Virus record (IMG/VR): IMGVR_UViG_3300027798_002855 | DNA length: 64,000 nt | Source: an uncultured virus (IMG/VR IMGVR_UViG_3300027798_002855) | Taxonomy: Duplodnaviria > Heunggongvirae > Uroviricota > Caudoviricetes | Direction: 5' to 3' (one strand) | Shown here: positions 19,532 to 28,623 of the stretch, in pieces | Layout: each line of letters starts with the position of its first letter | Position numbering within the stretch: the first letter of the stretch is position 1 | Program-made: the position numbers and the translations under genes | Notes under the pieces: generated by a model | The model's database searches: none | What the model was told of the DNA's origin: nothing | What the model saw: the letters and a program-made list of their open reading frames with translations, nothing else

Positions 19532-20224
19532 ATGAATTTTATATATATATGTCGTGGCGGGGAAAACCAAGAACTTAGGTACTCTGTTAGGACAGTTGTT
19601 AATAGTTTTCCAGACTCAGAGATCTGGGTAGTCGGCGGTATACCAAATTGGTACAAAGGTAAAAGTATAAGCATAGAGCAAAATGCTAGTAAATATAATA
19701 ACGCTATAGAAAACCTAAAGGCTATCGTAAAGTCTACAGAAACCCCAGAAGAGTTTGTTTTAATGAATGATGACTTCTTCATTGTAGACAAAATAAATTC
19801 AATAAAACATTATCACGAGGGACCCCTCCTTGATAAAATTGAAAAATACAGGGATTTAAAAATGGATCCTAGTTACGTTCAAAAACTTGGACAGACCTAT
19901 GCCAGATTACAAAGAATGGGCATGGAAGAGCCTGTAAGTTATGAAACTCATACCCCAATGATTATGCTTAAAGATAGGCTTAAAGAGGTTTTACAATATT
20001 GTCCTACTAGCCTTTGGAGATCTCTGTATGGCAACATACATCATGTTGGTGGAGAACAAATAAAAGATGTAAAGGTTTACTATAGAGATAGGTTTGCAAA
20101 AATATCAAATGACTATACTAATTCTGATTTCCCTTTGATGTCTACAGACGATGAATCATTTTTAATAATAAGAGATAGTTTATTAAAAAATAAGTTTAAC
20201 AAGAAAAGTAAATACGAGAAATAA
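19532..20224 (+). CDS. Stealth-like sugar-phosphotransferase
   Basis: ELRYSVRT and LMNDDFF motifs. Confidence 0.6.
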   Translation: MNFIYICRGGENQELRYSVRTVVNSFPDSEIWVVGGIPNWYKGKSISIEQNASKYNNAIENLKAIVKSTETPEEFVLMNDDFFIVDKINSIKHYHEGPLLDKIEKYRDLKMDPSYVQKLGQTYARLQRMGMEEPVSYETHTPMIMLKDRLKEVLQYCPTSLWRSLYGNIHHVGGEQIKDVKVYYRDRFAKISNDYTNSDFPLMSTDDESFLIIRDSLLKNKFNKKSKYEK

Positions 20225-20226
20225 AA

Positions 20227-20913
20227 CTATCTCATAAAATGATAATCGCCATCTGGGCCATTGTCAGAAAACATCCCCATGTTTTTAAATCCTTGTGATG
20301 AAAGATAATCAATGATAACTTCTTTTTCAGGAGATCCAATATTATACTCTACATCTCTTAGTTCTACTATGAGGTGTTCACAAGTTTTTAATGATTCAGT
20401 TGCACCCACAAGGACATCTAGTTCTGCGCCCTGAACATCAATTTTAATAAAGTCTGGCTCTTTAAACATCTCATATTTGACGGTATCATCTAAAGTAATG
20501 GTTGTCATTTCAACTATACTGTTATCATCAAACAAATAATCTGCTGCTGAACTATATTTTGAATTTTCCTTGTAATATGAATTGCCAGCAAAGTTATCAT
20601 TGTTCTGATAAAACTTTATATTTTTGTCAGAAGCATTACTTAAGGCACCAATGCTGTATTGCAATCCGCTTTCAACATAAAGACTTTCAAATGCATCTGT
20701 TGCATCAAACAAAACTATTTCACTCTCAGGCCAGATATCTTGCGCTCTTTGTGTCCAGTGTAAAACACATGCTCCAATATCATAAATTACTTTTGGGTTG
20801 AAGTTGTAATCATATTTTAATTTAAGCAGATATTTAAAATGTTTATCTGGTAGGTTTCTATAGTCGCTAACCTTTTTAATATTATCTAAAATATTTTTAT
20901 TATATTGTTTCAT
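20227..20913 (-). CDS. FkbM-family methyltransferase, second
   Basis: DIGA, IKIDVQGAELDVL.G. Confidence 0.85.
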   Translation of the reverse strand: MKQYNKNILDNIKKVSDYRNLPDKHFKYLLKLKYDYNFNPKVIYDIGACVLHWTQRAQDIWPESEIVLFDATDAFESLYVESGLQYSIGALSNASDKNIKFYQNNDNFAGNSYYKENSKYSSAADYLFDDNSIVEMTTITLDDTVKYEMFKEPDFIKIDVQGAELDVLVGATESLKTCEHLIVELRDVEYNIGSPEKEVIIDYLSSQGFKNMGMFSDNGPDGDYHFMR

Positions 20914-21487
20914 TGTTAATATCATACTTTCCAATTTTATTTAGCCACTGTGCCATAGCCCATGCCTCACGAAACCTTATGTTTGCCATAGTCATACCAT
21001 ACTCTCTACACAACCTTTCAAAATCTTTATAGGTTTTTGGTTTTTTTGTAAAAAGAATCCACATCAAGGCCGACTCTGTTGTTAAAAATGTTTTGCCACC
21101 TTTTATATGAGAAGGTCTTTTAATTACGTTGCACCTTCTGCATCTCAAAGTCATGTTTTCTAAACTGTCTGCTTGATCCCCTAACACTTCTCTCGGAACT
21201 ATGTGATCCGCCTGCAATTCAAGTCGTGTTCCGCAGTCAGCACATTTACCATTTTGATTCTTATGCCATTCATAAACAGCCTGCATGGTTTTTCTTGGTG
21301 GATATTTACTTTGAAAAGTTTTTTTTGATGCTATAGAGGTTCCCACTTGTGATGGATTTAAGTGTCCAAGAACTAAAGCCACAACTTCTTGCATGGTAAC
21401 AAGACCCTCTGTAATTAATTCATTTAATAAATTAATCCAATCTTGTTGAGTCCATTCACGATCACTGTCTGGAAATTTATTTTGCAT
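20900..21487 (-). CDS. HNH endonuclease
   Basis: CADC..DHIVP..N...CRRCN. Confidence 0.8.
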   Translation of the reverse strand: MQNKFPDSDREWTQQDWINLLNELITEGLVTMQEVVALVLGHLNPSQVGTSIASKKTFQSKYPPRKTMQAVYEWHKNQNGKCADCGTRLELQADHIVPREVLGDQADSLENMTLRCRRCNVIKRPSHIKGGKTFLTTESALMWILFTKKPKTYKDFERLCREYGMTMANIRFREAWAMAQWLNKIGKYDINNETI

Positions 21488-21641
21488 TTTTCTTTTCTTC
21501 AACTAATTTTTTAATATTGTTTATTTTAGTATAGGCATCTCCACCAGCATCAAGAAGTATTATAACTTCATCAAACGCTTGCTTACGAGCTTTTTTACAG
21601 CCATTGCAAGGACAAGCCCAATCTTTATTGTTGCTTTCCAA
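21477..21641 (-). CDS. Small Cys-rich protein (54 aa)
   Basis: TTG start, WACPCNGCKKA. Confidence 0.5.
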   Translation of the reverse strand: MESNNKDWACPCNGCKKARKQAFDEVIILLDAGGDAYTKINNIKKLVEEKKNAK

Positions 21642-22425
21642 GGTCTTGTTTTCTTTTAACTTTACCGTCTGCTACGCCAGTCCAATACATATTGTAATAG
21701 TTTACATCAAACGAAAATGTCTTGAGATGCTGAACATGTGCACCAGTATGAGCATATAATTGAATACCAGCCTCTTTTAGTTTTCTAAAGAAAGAAACAT
21801 CTTCGCTAATAAACTTATTTGCTGCTTGTTGATTTTCTCCAAATACAGAAAACTCACCAGCAACTTCACGAACTTTAGGAACAACCGATCTGTGCATCAA
21901 AACAAAACCAAAACCAGCAACATCAACTGGTATTAACTGATTTGTTGGCATAGGATGAATCGTTCTTGTTACATATTTATTGTCTGTATTCATATAAATA
22001 GCAGGAGTTGGCTCCATCAAACTCTGTTCATTTTCTTGGCTAACAAAATAAACTCCAGTAACAACTGGCTTAGAGATTTTATCTGAAGAATCCCATAGCA
22101 ACTTAAATGCACCCATAGTCATAACTATGTCTGAGTCAATCCACATTAACCAATCTGTGTTCATATTGTCATACCAATAGTCAATTAAAGATTGACGCTG
22201 TCTTGCTATTTGATTACCCTGCACACGAATAGTGCTTGCTACCTTGATTCCACTTCTCTGTGCTTCAAGCAGGGTATTTAAAATGCCACTTGCAAACCTA
22301 CCCTCTACAGTGCCACCGTCACACCAAGCAAAGGTAACTGTTTCCTTATCGCTGTGTCCTGATATTGGTTTATCTACAACCTTTTTTGGTTGTGCCTTAC
22401 TAGGCTGCTTTTTTGCCATTGCCAT
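21625..22425 (-). CDS. GT2-like glycosyltransferase
   Basis: WIDSD, GFGFVLMH, SEDVSF, H.K. Confidence 0.8.
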   Translation of the reverse strand: MAMAKKQPSKAQPKKVVDKPISGHSDKETVTFAWCDGGTVEGRFASGILNTLLEAQRSGIKVASTIRVQGNQIARQRQSLIDYWYDNMNTDWLMWIDSDIVMTMGAFKLLWDSSDKISKPVVTGVYFVSQENEQSLMEPTPAIYMNTDNKYVTRTIHPMPTNQLIPVDVAGFGFVLMHRSVVPKVREVAGEFSVFGENQQAANKFISEDVSFFRKLKEAGIQLYAHTGAHVQHLKTFSFDVNYYNMYWTGVADGKVKRKQDLGKQQ

Positions 22426-22528
22426 GCTCCCTTATATGTCTTGCAAGGGTGCTGTGAGCAAAGATGCCCCAACGCACCTCAAGTCCTTTACCGCATTGAT
22501 TGCAGACTGCTACTCTACCCTTGTCCAT
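22400..22528 (-). CDS. C2H2 zinc-finger-like miniprotein (42 aa)
   Basis: CNQC...LARHIREH; TTGACA-17-TATAAT promoter upstream, leaderless. Confidence 0.6.
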   Translation of the reverse strand: MDKGRVAVCNQCGKGLEVRWGIFAHSTLARHIREHGNGKKAA

Positions 22529-22549
22529 GTTTCTATTATATACCAAACA

Positions 22550-22717
22550 TTATTTATTGTCAATCTTAGGTTCTAACTTGTCCCACTTGCCTGCTGCATT
22601 GCCTTGATAGGTTTGTCCAGTTTCTCTGTCTATGAGCAGCCATTTTGTTGGGGATAATGTTTGTACAACTAGAACTACTTCGCTTAAAGTTTCAGGGAAT
22701 TCAAAAGAATCTCTCAT
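22550..22717 (-). CDS. Hypothetical protein (55 aa)
   Basis: MRDSFEFPE...KWLLIDRETGQTY; ATGA-coupled. Confidence 0.55.
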   Translation of the reverse strand: MRDSFEFPETLSEVVLVVQTLSPTKWLLIDRETGQTYQGNAAGKWDKLEPKIDNK

Positions 22718-23478
22718 ATACCATTATCTTCCATATATTTTAATCTTTCCATAATAACATCAGTATTTGGATCAGCCAGGAATTGATCAAGAGCCTCTTT
22801 AACTATTGGGCGCATCTCATCAACTGCAGGGCCACCTTCATTTTCCATATTAGATATATCATAATGATAGGCATCTGAATCCTCTGTAACCCACTTGGCA
22901 GCATCTTCTACATCCCATTTGCGGGTATTGATAAGACGATGTATAACAGGTTTACCAGGCTTAGTAGTAAATGAAGGCTCTAAAACAAAAACACGATTGT
23001 TAGGCTGAATAGCAAAATTACCATCATCACGCTCTATAACATGACCACATTTATGTTGCCCAGGATTTTCTGAATACCCATCATCAAGGCTATTAGAGTC
23101 TCCTCCATACCAGTCAAGGCTAAACAAATACTTGCCAGATATCTTATTCTTACTTCTGTTCAAATAATTCATACGAAGGTTTGCAAGGTTTGAAAATCTG
23201 GTGACGGTAATGAAAGGACTAAAAGAATTCCATAGAACTAGATCATGTATGTCTATCTCTGGAACTCCTGGTTTGGTACAGAAGGCATTAATAGGCATTC
23301 TCCACCAGATACCACCATCTTCCATCATAAAATGAAACAGGGGACTTCGGTTTGGAACACTAGCAACGCCGAAAATTACACAGGGAAAGTATTGATCGTG
23401 ACTATCCTTTTGATCTCGCAAAAAGTTACCACGGATGTAGCATTCAATCGGCGGTATATTAGCATTTAATTCAGGCAT
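22714..23478 (-). CDS. Conserved phage hypothetical protein
   Basis: LNANIP, HKCGH, QPNNR. Confidence 0.75.
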   Translation of the reverse strand: MPELNANIPPIECYIRGNFLRDQKDSHDQYFPCVIFGVASVPNRSPLFHFMMEDGGIWWRMPINAFCTKPGVPEIDIHDLVLWNSFSPFITVTRFSNLANLRMNYLNRSKNKISGKYLFSLDWYGGDSNSLDDGYSENPGQHKCGHVIERDDGNFAIQPNNRVFVLEPSFTTKPGKPVIHRLINTRKWDVEDAAKWVTEDSDAYHYDISNMENEGGPAVDEMRPIVKEALDQFLADPNTDVIMERLKYMEDNGI

Positions 23479-23545
23479 AAGTCAATTCTATCATCTCGGC
23501 GCAATAGATGTATCAAACCACCATTCGCCCCTTTGCAGGGCGCTA

Positions 23546-24980
23546 TGGTTTAATCTTACTATCTGCGTAATCTTGACTAGCCATGTTTACCATTCTGGCT
23601 TTTCCGCAGGGACAGGCAGGAGCCTTATGTATCTTATCCTCATCTAATGTAGTAACAATAGCCATGATGGTTTGACATTCAAGGCATTTAAACATCCATC
23701 TACTTTCTACCACGAGCAACCTCCGCTGCTAATATTCTCATTCCTAAACCATTTATCTGAGACGATGTGCCAAGATCGATTGATTCAATCTCTCTGGCTA
23801 TACGCTCACGCAATTCAGACTCTACGGCCACAATACTATTCCCGATAAGGCTCTGTGTTTGAGATCCGAAGTTCTTAGATACCTCGTTGTAAAAGTGTTT
23901 GCCAATGTCTGTAGTAATATCAAAGTTCATTGTCTTCAAACTCCATGTTGTATACCGTGCCCCATTTGTCATAGATAGGCCAAAGATTATCCCAAATCCA
24001 ACAATCTCTCTTAAATCTAAATCCACTTGTTTTGCCAGTTTCTTCATAGAAGGAAATACGAAGAACAGCTTTTGATGCAAAGTGTCCTGCTAGGTTTGCC
24101 ATCCACCTTAAAGGAGGGCGGGAGTTATCAATTCTAGTAGTCTTCCACTCTGGAACATCATCATCATAACGCATATGCTATTACCCCCAATAGAAATCCT
24201 ATAATAAATGCAGAACATACAAAAGTTGAGATAAATCGTTTTTCAAGCCATCGTTTAATTACGGCTCGTTCTATCTCACGATCCACTTCATAAACCACAT
24301 CATCAACTTTGTATTCTGTCATGACTAGCCTATCTCTTTAATGAGCCTTGCTAGAATATGAGTAGCCTCGTCAATTTCGTGAAGAGAGCCTGAAAAGATC
24401 AGTTCGTGTGCCTTTGTGATTTCTGTCTTTATATATTCGTTAGTAAGTTCCATCAAACCAGTATACCCTAAAAAAGCGGGGGAGTCAAACAAAAACCACT
24501 ATCAAAGTAAGTAAAGGAACAAACCACCATATATGCTTAATCACGTATCTGCCCATATAAGGTATCTGGTTTGTCAGGAATTGTGTTAGGAGTCTCATGA
24601 TCTGAGCATACGGGGTATAGTTTATGGCCAATTGACTTGATACCCTCGGACTTTTTAGAACAGAAATAGCATATGGCCATAAAGGCTTGACCGTTTTTGC
24701 GTATCTTGTCTAAGGCTTCTACAAGTCTCTTATCTTTATACCATTGGGTATGTTGGCTAGGCATATATTCCTCCTAGGAATAAGTATATCAGGCAGGAGG
24801 GTTTTTGTCTATTTCTTCTAATATTTTCTTAGCAAGTTCTTGGGCCTGAATATCTTTGTGTTTGGTTTTGAGATATGGGGATAGAAGGTTTGCTATCAGG
24901 TCTATCATTTCTTGATTCATATCTGGATATTTATTATACATTATTAATGAGCCGTTTTTCTCATACTCAGGAGACTGCAC
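23546..24980 (-). other. Cluster of short hypothetical ORFs (incl. 23700-23930, 23920-24174, 24537-24764)
   Basis: Abutting short minus-strand ORFs, some with CxxC. Confidence 0.55.
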
Positions 24981-25066
24981 TCATTTTTCTGTGGATAGGG
25001 TAGAGGCAAATGTATCAGATCCCTACTTTGTGGTTGTGGTAGATGATGGTTTAACCCATCACCTAT
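24945..25066 (-). ncRNA. Candidate small RNA (5' hairpin, 3' pseudoknot)
   Basis: TGATATACT promoter, stem UAGGUGAUGG/CCAUCAUCUA, pseudoknot at 24948-24974. Confidence 0.4.
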
Positions 25067-25082
25067 CTAATAGTATATCAGA

Positions 25083-25781
25083 TTAGGAATAGTCTTTGCG
25101 TACCCAATGATTTTTTTTATACCAGCCAGAAAATACTGAGCTAGATTTTTTACCATTTAGTATGCCCATTTTAAGAAGACCTTTTGATTCTTTTGATATC
25201 CAAGAATCTTGTTTAAATGGTATTAATTGGGCTACTGGAGTTCCTTGTTCTATAACTCCTTCAAAACCACTTTTAATATAAAAGGGATAAGAACCATGTG
25301 GATTTGTAACATACCCACCGTCTATTATTCCAGAAAGAGTGAAAAATGGAAGATCATGTCTATTAAGTGGATGAGTTAATAAAATACTATATCCTTTTGG
25401 AACTTGAAAAGCAACATTGGTATTCCATGTATATTCTATTGGATAACAGCCTGTTGGGACTAGTGAACTATCAGATACTTCATTTCTAAATCCAGGTGGG
25501 TTGCTCATGGTGCCCCATACAACATATGGCGCTCCGTTGTTATTTTTAACATAAATATCAGATGGCAGCAATAGCATATAGCCACTTGAAAGACCATTTA
25601 AAAATGGAACACATTGTTTTACTGTTAAATTAATGTTATTTTTAGAGTCTATTATTTCTCCATTTTTCCATTTTGGTATTTTTTTATACCAATTGGGTAT
25701 TACATTTTTAGACGGAACAAGTGTGTTTGGATATTCTTCTAGTGCTGATTCATATTTTATAGTTGGTTTTTTCTTAAACAT
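25083..25781 (-). CDS. Hypothetical protein, paralog of 47098-47808 (possible dUTPase-like beta-clip fold)
   Basis: KxCxP, GYS.L..PL, GTPxxQxIP. Confidence 0.75.
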   Translation of the reverse strand: MFKKKPTIKYESALEEYPNTLVPSKNVIPNWYKKIPKWKNGEIIDSKNNINLTVKQCVPFLNGLSSGYMLLLPSDIYVKNNNGAPYVVWGTMSNPPGFRNEVSDSSLVPTGCYPIEYTWNTNVAFQVPKGYSILLTHPLNRHDLPFFTLSGIIDGGYVTNPHGSYPFYIKSGFEGVIEQGTPVAQLIPFKQDSWISKESKGLLKMGILNGKKSSSVFSGWYKKNHWVRKDYS

Positions 25782-25817
25782 GTTTTAATTGTATCAGATA
25801 TGCCTGGATTTGTAAAG

Positions 25818-25826
25818 TTATCCACA
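25818..25826 (+). promoter_or_regulatory. DnaA box
   Basis: Perfect TTATCCACA, intergenic. Confidence 0.5.
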
Positions 25827-26187
25827 AATAAATCTTACTGATAAAAAAATGTTATACCAATGGTGGAGGAAAGTGGAGGGAGGTGGGGGATGGAGCGCTT
25901 TTGCTGAGGGGATCGTAATACCAAACCAAATATCCCAAACCACGTATCCACGATATGGGGCATATGATACACCAGATATAATGGTTTGTCAAGCCCTAAA
26001 TACCGCCCCAAAAATGTGTAGAAATGTAACAAAACTATAACAAAAAGTTATAAAACCTTTTAATAACAAACCAAAATATCTAGAAAAGTTAGAAAATGTT
26101 TTGTCTCTATATATGGGGGGATTAGGAATAGGGATCGTAATCTTTTTTATACCCGCCCCTGCGGGGCCGCCGCCTGCGGCGGGGTAT

Positions 26188-26216
26188 TTGACAAGGATCG
26201 TAATCCCTAGTATACT
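26188..26216 (+). promoter_or_regulatory. Sigma70/SigA-type promoter
   Basis: TTGACA-17 bp-TATACT. Confidence 0.75.
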
Positions 26217-26220
26217 TATA

Positions 26221-26296
26221 GTATTGAATCTGGCCTTGCAGTCATTGATTCAATATTTGGGATCTGGTTACCTTTCTGGCCAGGTCCCAATTTTTA
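26221..26296 (+). ncRNA. Candidate two-hairpin small RNA with terminator
   Basis: Follows the promoter; two long stems with G-U pairs; U-tract; no credible ORF. Confidence 0.55.
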
Positions 26297-26532
26297 TGGT
26301 TTGATATAGTCTAAACTTTCAGCGGGGGCTACGGTTTGAGGGTTCTTAATGTCTTTTTCAAAAAATGGGCGGGGATTCAAAGATACACATCAAACCTAGT
26401 ATAAGAGACATAAGGTTTATATAATACAAGGTTTGGGGATATAAGGTTTGGGATCGTAATGGTTTTTTAAGGTTTGAGATGTCCAGATTGTCTGGTTTGA
26501 TATGATATTACCCGGGGGGCCTAAAAGGATCT

Positions 26533-26802
26533 TTAGGGTTTTTTATCTGCTTTGAAAAGAACCTCGTCTAAATCTTCAAACCCTGTATCCTCAACCTCAA
26601 CGGATGCTAAAAATAAATCAAATGTTTCTGCTACATACTTAGCCCCATCAGGTCTTATATCGCATAGCCCCTCATTAGCAAGATAGGCTAATGGCAAACC
26701 AATATCATTGAACTCAAAGAATTGGTCTGCTTCCTCATCATCTTGATATCTAACATAGAACTCTCCTAGTATTACTATCTTATTAGAAAAGTCTGTCGTC
26801 AT
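26533..26802 (-). CDS. Hypothetical acidic protein
   Basis: NDIGLPLAY. Confidence 0.7.
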   Translation of the reverse strand: MTTDFSNKIVILGEFYVRYQDDEEADQFFEFNDIGLPLAYLANEGLCDIRPDGAKYVAETFDLFLASVEVEDTGFEDLDEVLFKADKKP

Positions 26803-27019
26803 AGTGTCCTCCCTGTTGGTAGTATTCTCTTACTTCTTTATTATACCTTGCCGATTCTAAAATCTCAAGTGCTCTTGAATAAGGCACATAGGGAATAGCG
26901 GTTGCCAAGTAGTAGCCAACTGCCTCTAAGTCTAAAGAAAAATCAGATACGAGTGTAGAAATCTTTTGGGCAACCTTCTCCTCTTTTGTAGGTGTAGCGT
27001 TGCGTTTGATTCTATACAT
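26783..27019 (-). CDS. Hypothetical protein
   Basis: GGAGG RBS before MYRIK. Confidence 0.7.
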   Translation of the reverse strand: MYRIKRNATPTKEEKVAQKISTLVSDFSLDLEAVGYYLATAIPYVPYSRALEILESARYNKEVREYYQQGGHYDDRLF

Positions 27020-27142
27020 AGTTCCTCCCATTGTATCAAATAAGTAGGGAGAGCGCAAGCCCCACACCTGCGCTCTACCCTTATATCACGTGAGGGACCC
27101 CACCCCACGCATTCAGCCTAGGTCACCACTCCAGGCTCTCAG

Positions 27143-27496
27143 TTAAACCTTTAAACTTAAATGATAATTAATAAAACTATCAAACTCATGAATGCCAGTT
27201 TCATCTTCTACAGTCTTATTAATTAAATCAATAGTGATATCTGGATGGTCTCCACCATAGTCCATACCGTGGCCATTACTGGCCCATAGACCAAAACCTG
27301 TCTCCTCTGTCCACTGGTCCCCAATCAGCTGAGACACAATGATACGGGTTGCATAGGATGTGTCATTCCGCCTAGGTTCTGCAGCCTGTAGTGCACGGGC
27401 AAGGTTAACAAATCTATCATAGCCACCCCAATGACTGTATAAATTTACAGATAAGTCTTTATCTTGTTTGATTGTGTAGACGATTCTATCTCCCAC
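27143..27496 (-). CDS. Hypothetical phage early protein
   Basis: MGDR..LYSHWGG. Confidence 0.7.
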   Translation of the reverse strand: MGDRIVYTIKQDKDLSVNLYSHWGGYDRFVNLARALQAAEPRRNDTSYATRIIVSQLIGDQWTEETGFGLWASNGHGMDYGGDHPDITIDLINKTVEDETGIHEFDSFINYHLSLKV

Positions 27497-27822
27497 TATT
27501 CATCATCTCCTACAAATTCGATAACAACTCTAGCAACTCGTCCGTCCTCATTCATTTCAGCATAGACAGGATAGAGCCCGTCGCCATAGCCAGTTGAGAA
27601 CACTACAGCGGTAGCCATACCTAACTCGCCATAGCCTTTTGTTATGGTAGCCTCACAAGCCCCAAGATAACTATACTCTCCTACTTTTTGTTTATGTAGT
27701 TCAAAGTCCTCAGCCTCATCATTCCAAGGCTCCCACTCATCAAGATAGCAAGGGTCGCCTACCATGGCTTGCCCACTATCAACAGAAAAATGTCCAATAA
27801 GGGTCATTTCTTTAGTATCCAT
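27496..27822 (-). CDS. DUF4241-like protein
   Basis: VDSGQ..GDPCY, STGYGDG.YPV. Confidence 0.7.
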   Translation of the reverse strand: MDTKEMTLIGHFSVDSGQAMVGDPCYLDEWEPWNDEAEDFELHKQKVGEYSYLGACEATITKGYGELGMATAVVFSTGYGDGLYPVYAEMNEDGRVARVVIEFVGDDE

Positions 27823-27945
27823 TTCTTTCCTCTCCTTTGGTGTTTATGTCAATTCTATCAAAATCCAGCGGTAATGTCAATTGCTGATAAATCCCTAATA
27901 GATCCAACTGTTGTTTTGCCTTTAATACATCTAATGATTCTATTA

Positions 27946-28197
27946 TCATGTACCGTCCCTTTCTGCGATTGCAAATGACAAGTCATATGTTAGTTTATAT
28001 AGATTTGTATAAGCGTCTAGCATACCTTCACAGTATGTCCTGTTCATTGAATCCATGGCCTCACCTGAGAGCTCTTCTATATCTGCAGCAGCCTCTAATG
28101 AGCGTTCAGCCTCCAGCATAAGATTTTTAAGCTCTCCATGTATGACATCAAGGCCTGATGAGCCCAGGTCAATCTGTTTCTGTAGATTGTCGTTCAT
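27946..28197 (-). CDS. Hypothetical protein
   Basis: ORF track. Confidence 0.65.
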   Translation of the reverse strand: MNDNLQKQIDLGSSGLDVIHGELKNLMLEAERSLEAAADIEELSGEAMDSMNRTYCEGMLDAYTNLYKLTYDLSFAIAERDGT

Positions 28198-28396
28198 CTC
28201 TTTCTCTTTCCTCTCCTATTTGTATAAAGTGACGGGTAGCAATAATCTGCCCACCTAACCAGTTAAACTCAAAATCTAATTCAGCATAGTCTTTAGAATT
28301 CATATCTAATGATTCCATTTGTTCTTTTACATATTCCTGGTCTTGTTCAATACTAACAAGATGTAGCTTCATATATTCTATCAAATAAGAACTCAT
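28169..28396 (-). CDS. Hypothetical protein
   Basis: ORF track. Confidence 0.65.
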   Translation of the reverse strand: MSSYLIEYMKLHLVSIEQDQEYVKEQMESLDMNSKDYAELDFEFNWLGGQIIATRHFIQIGEERERDERQSTETD

Positions 28397-28623
28397 TAGT
28401 CTACCTCAATATAATATTGGTCATCAGGATTCATATTGTAGAATTTATTAAATGCCTGTTTAATTTCTTTAGAATCAGACAATGAAGCAAATTGATAATC
28501 TGCATACAATGTACCCTCATCTAAATTAGAATCCATCCATTCAGTAAATAGATGTTCTGATATTGCTTGTATCTCATAATCAATAACCATTTGGTTAATG
28601 TTTGCTTCCTCTAGGAAACTCAT
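28396..28623 (-). CDS. Hypothetical acidic protein
   Basis: ORF track. Confidence 0.65.
   Translation of the reverse strand: MSFLEEANINQMVIDYEIQAISEHLFTEWMDSNLDEGTLYADYQFASLSDSKEIKQAFNKFYNMNPDDQYYIEVD

Larger units (their letters stand above)
25909..26460 (+). repeat. Four dispersed GGATCGTAAT direct repeats
   Basis: Copies at 25910, 26132, 26195, 26451. Confidence 0.85.

Noticed and set aside
26020..26052. GlnR/MtrA-like GTAAC-N6-ATAAC repeat
   Set aside because: Degenerate match in very AT-rich DNA; not distinguishable from chance.
25835..26304. ORFs 25835-26032, 25849-26040, 26101-26304
   Set aside because: No RBS, low-complexity products, and they overlap repeats, promoters and RNA hairpins; treated as non-coding.
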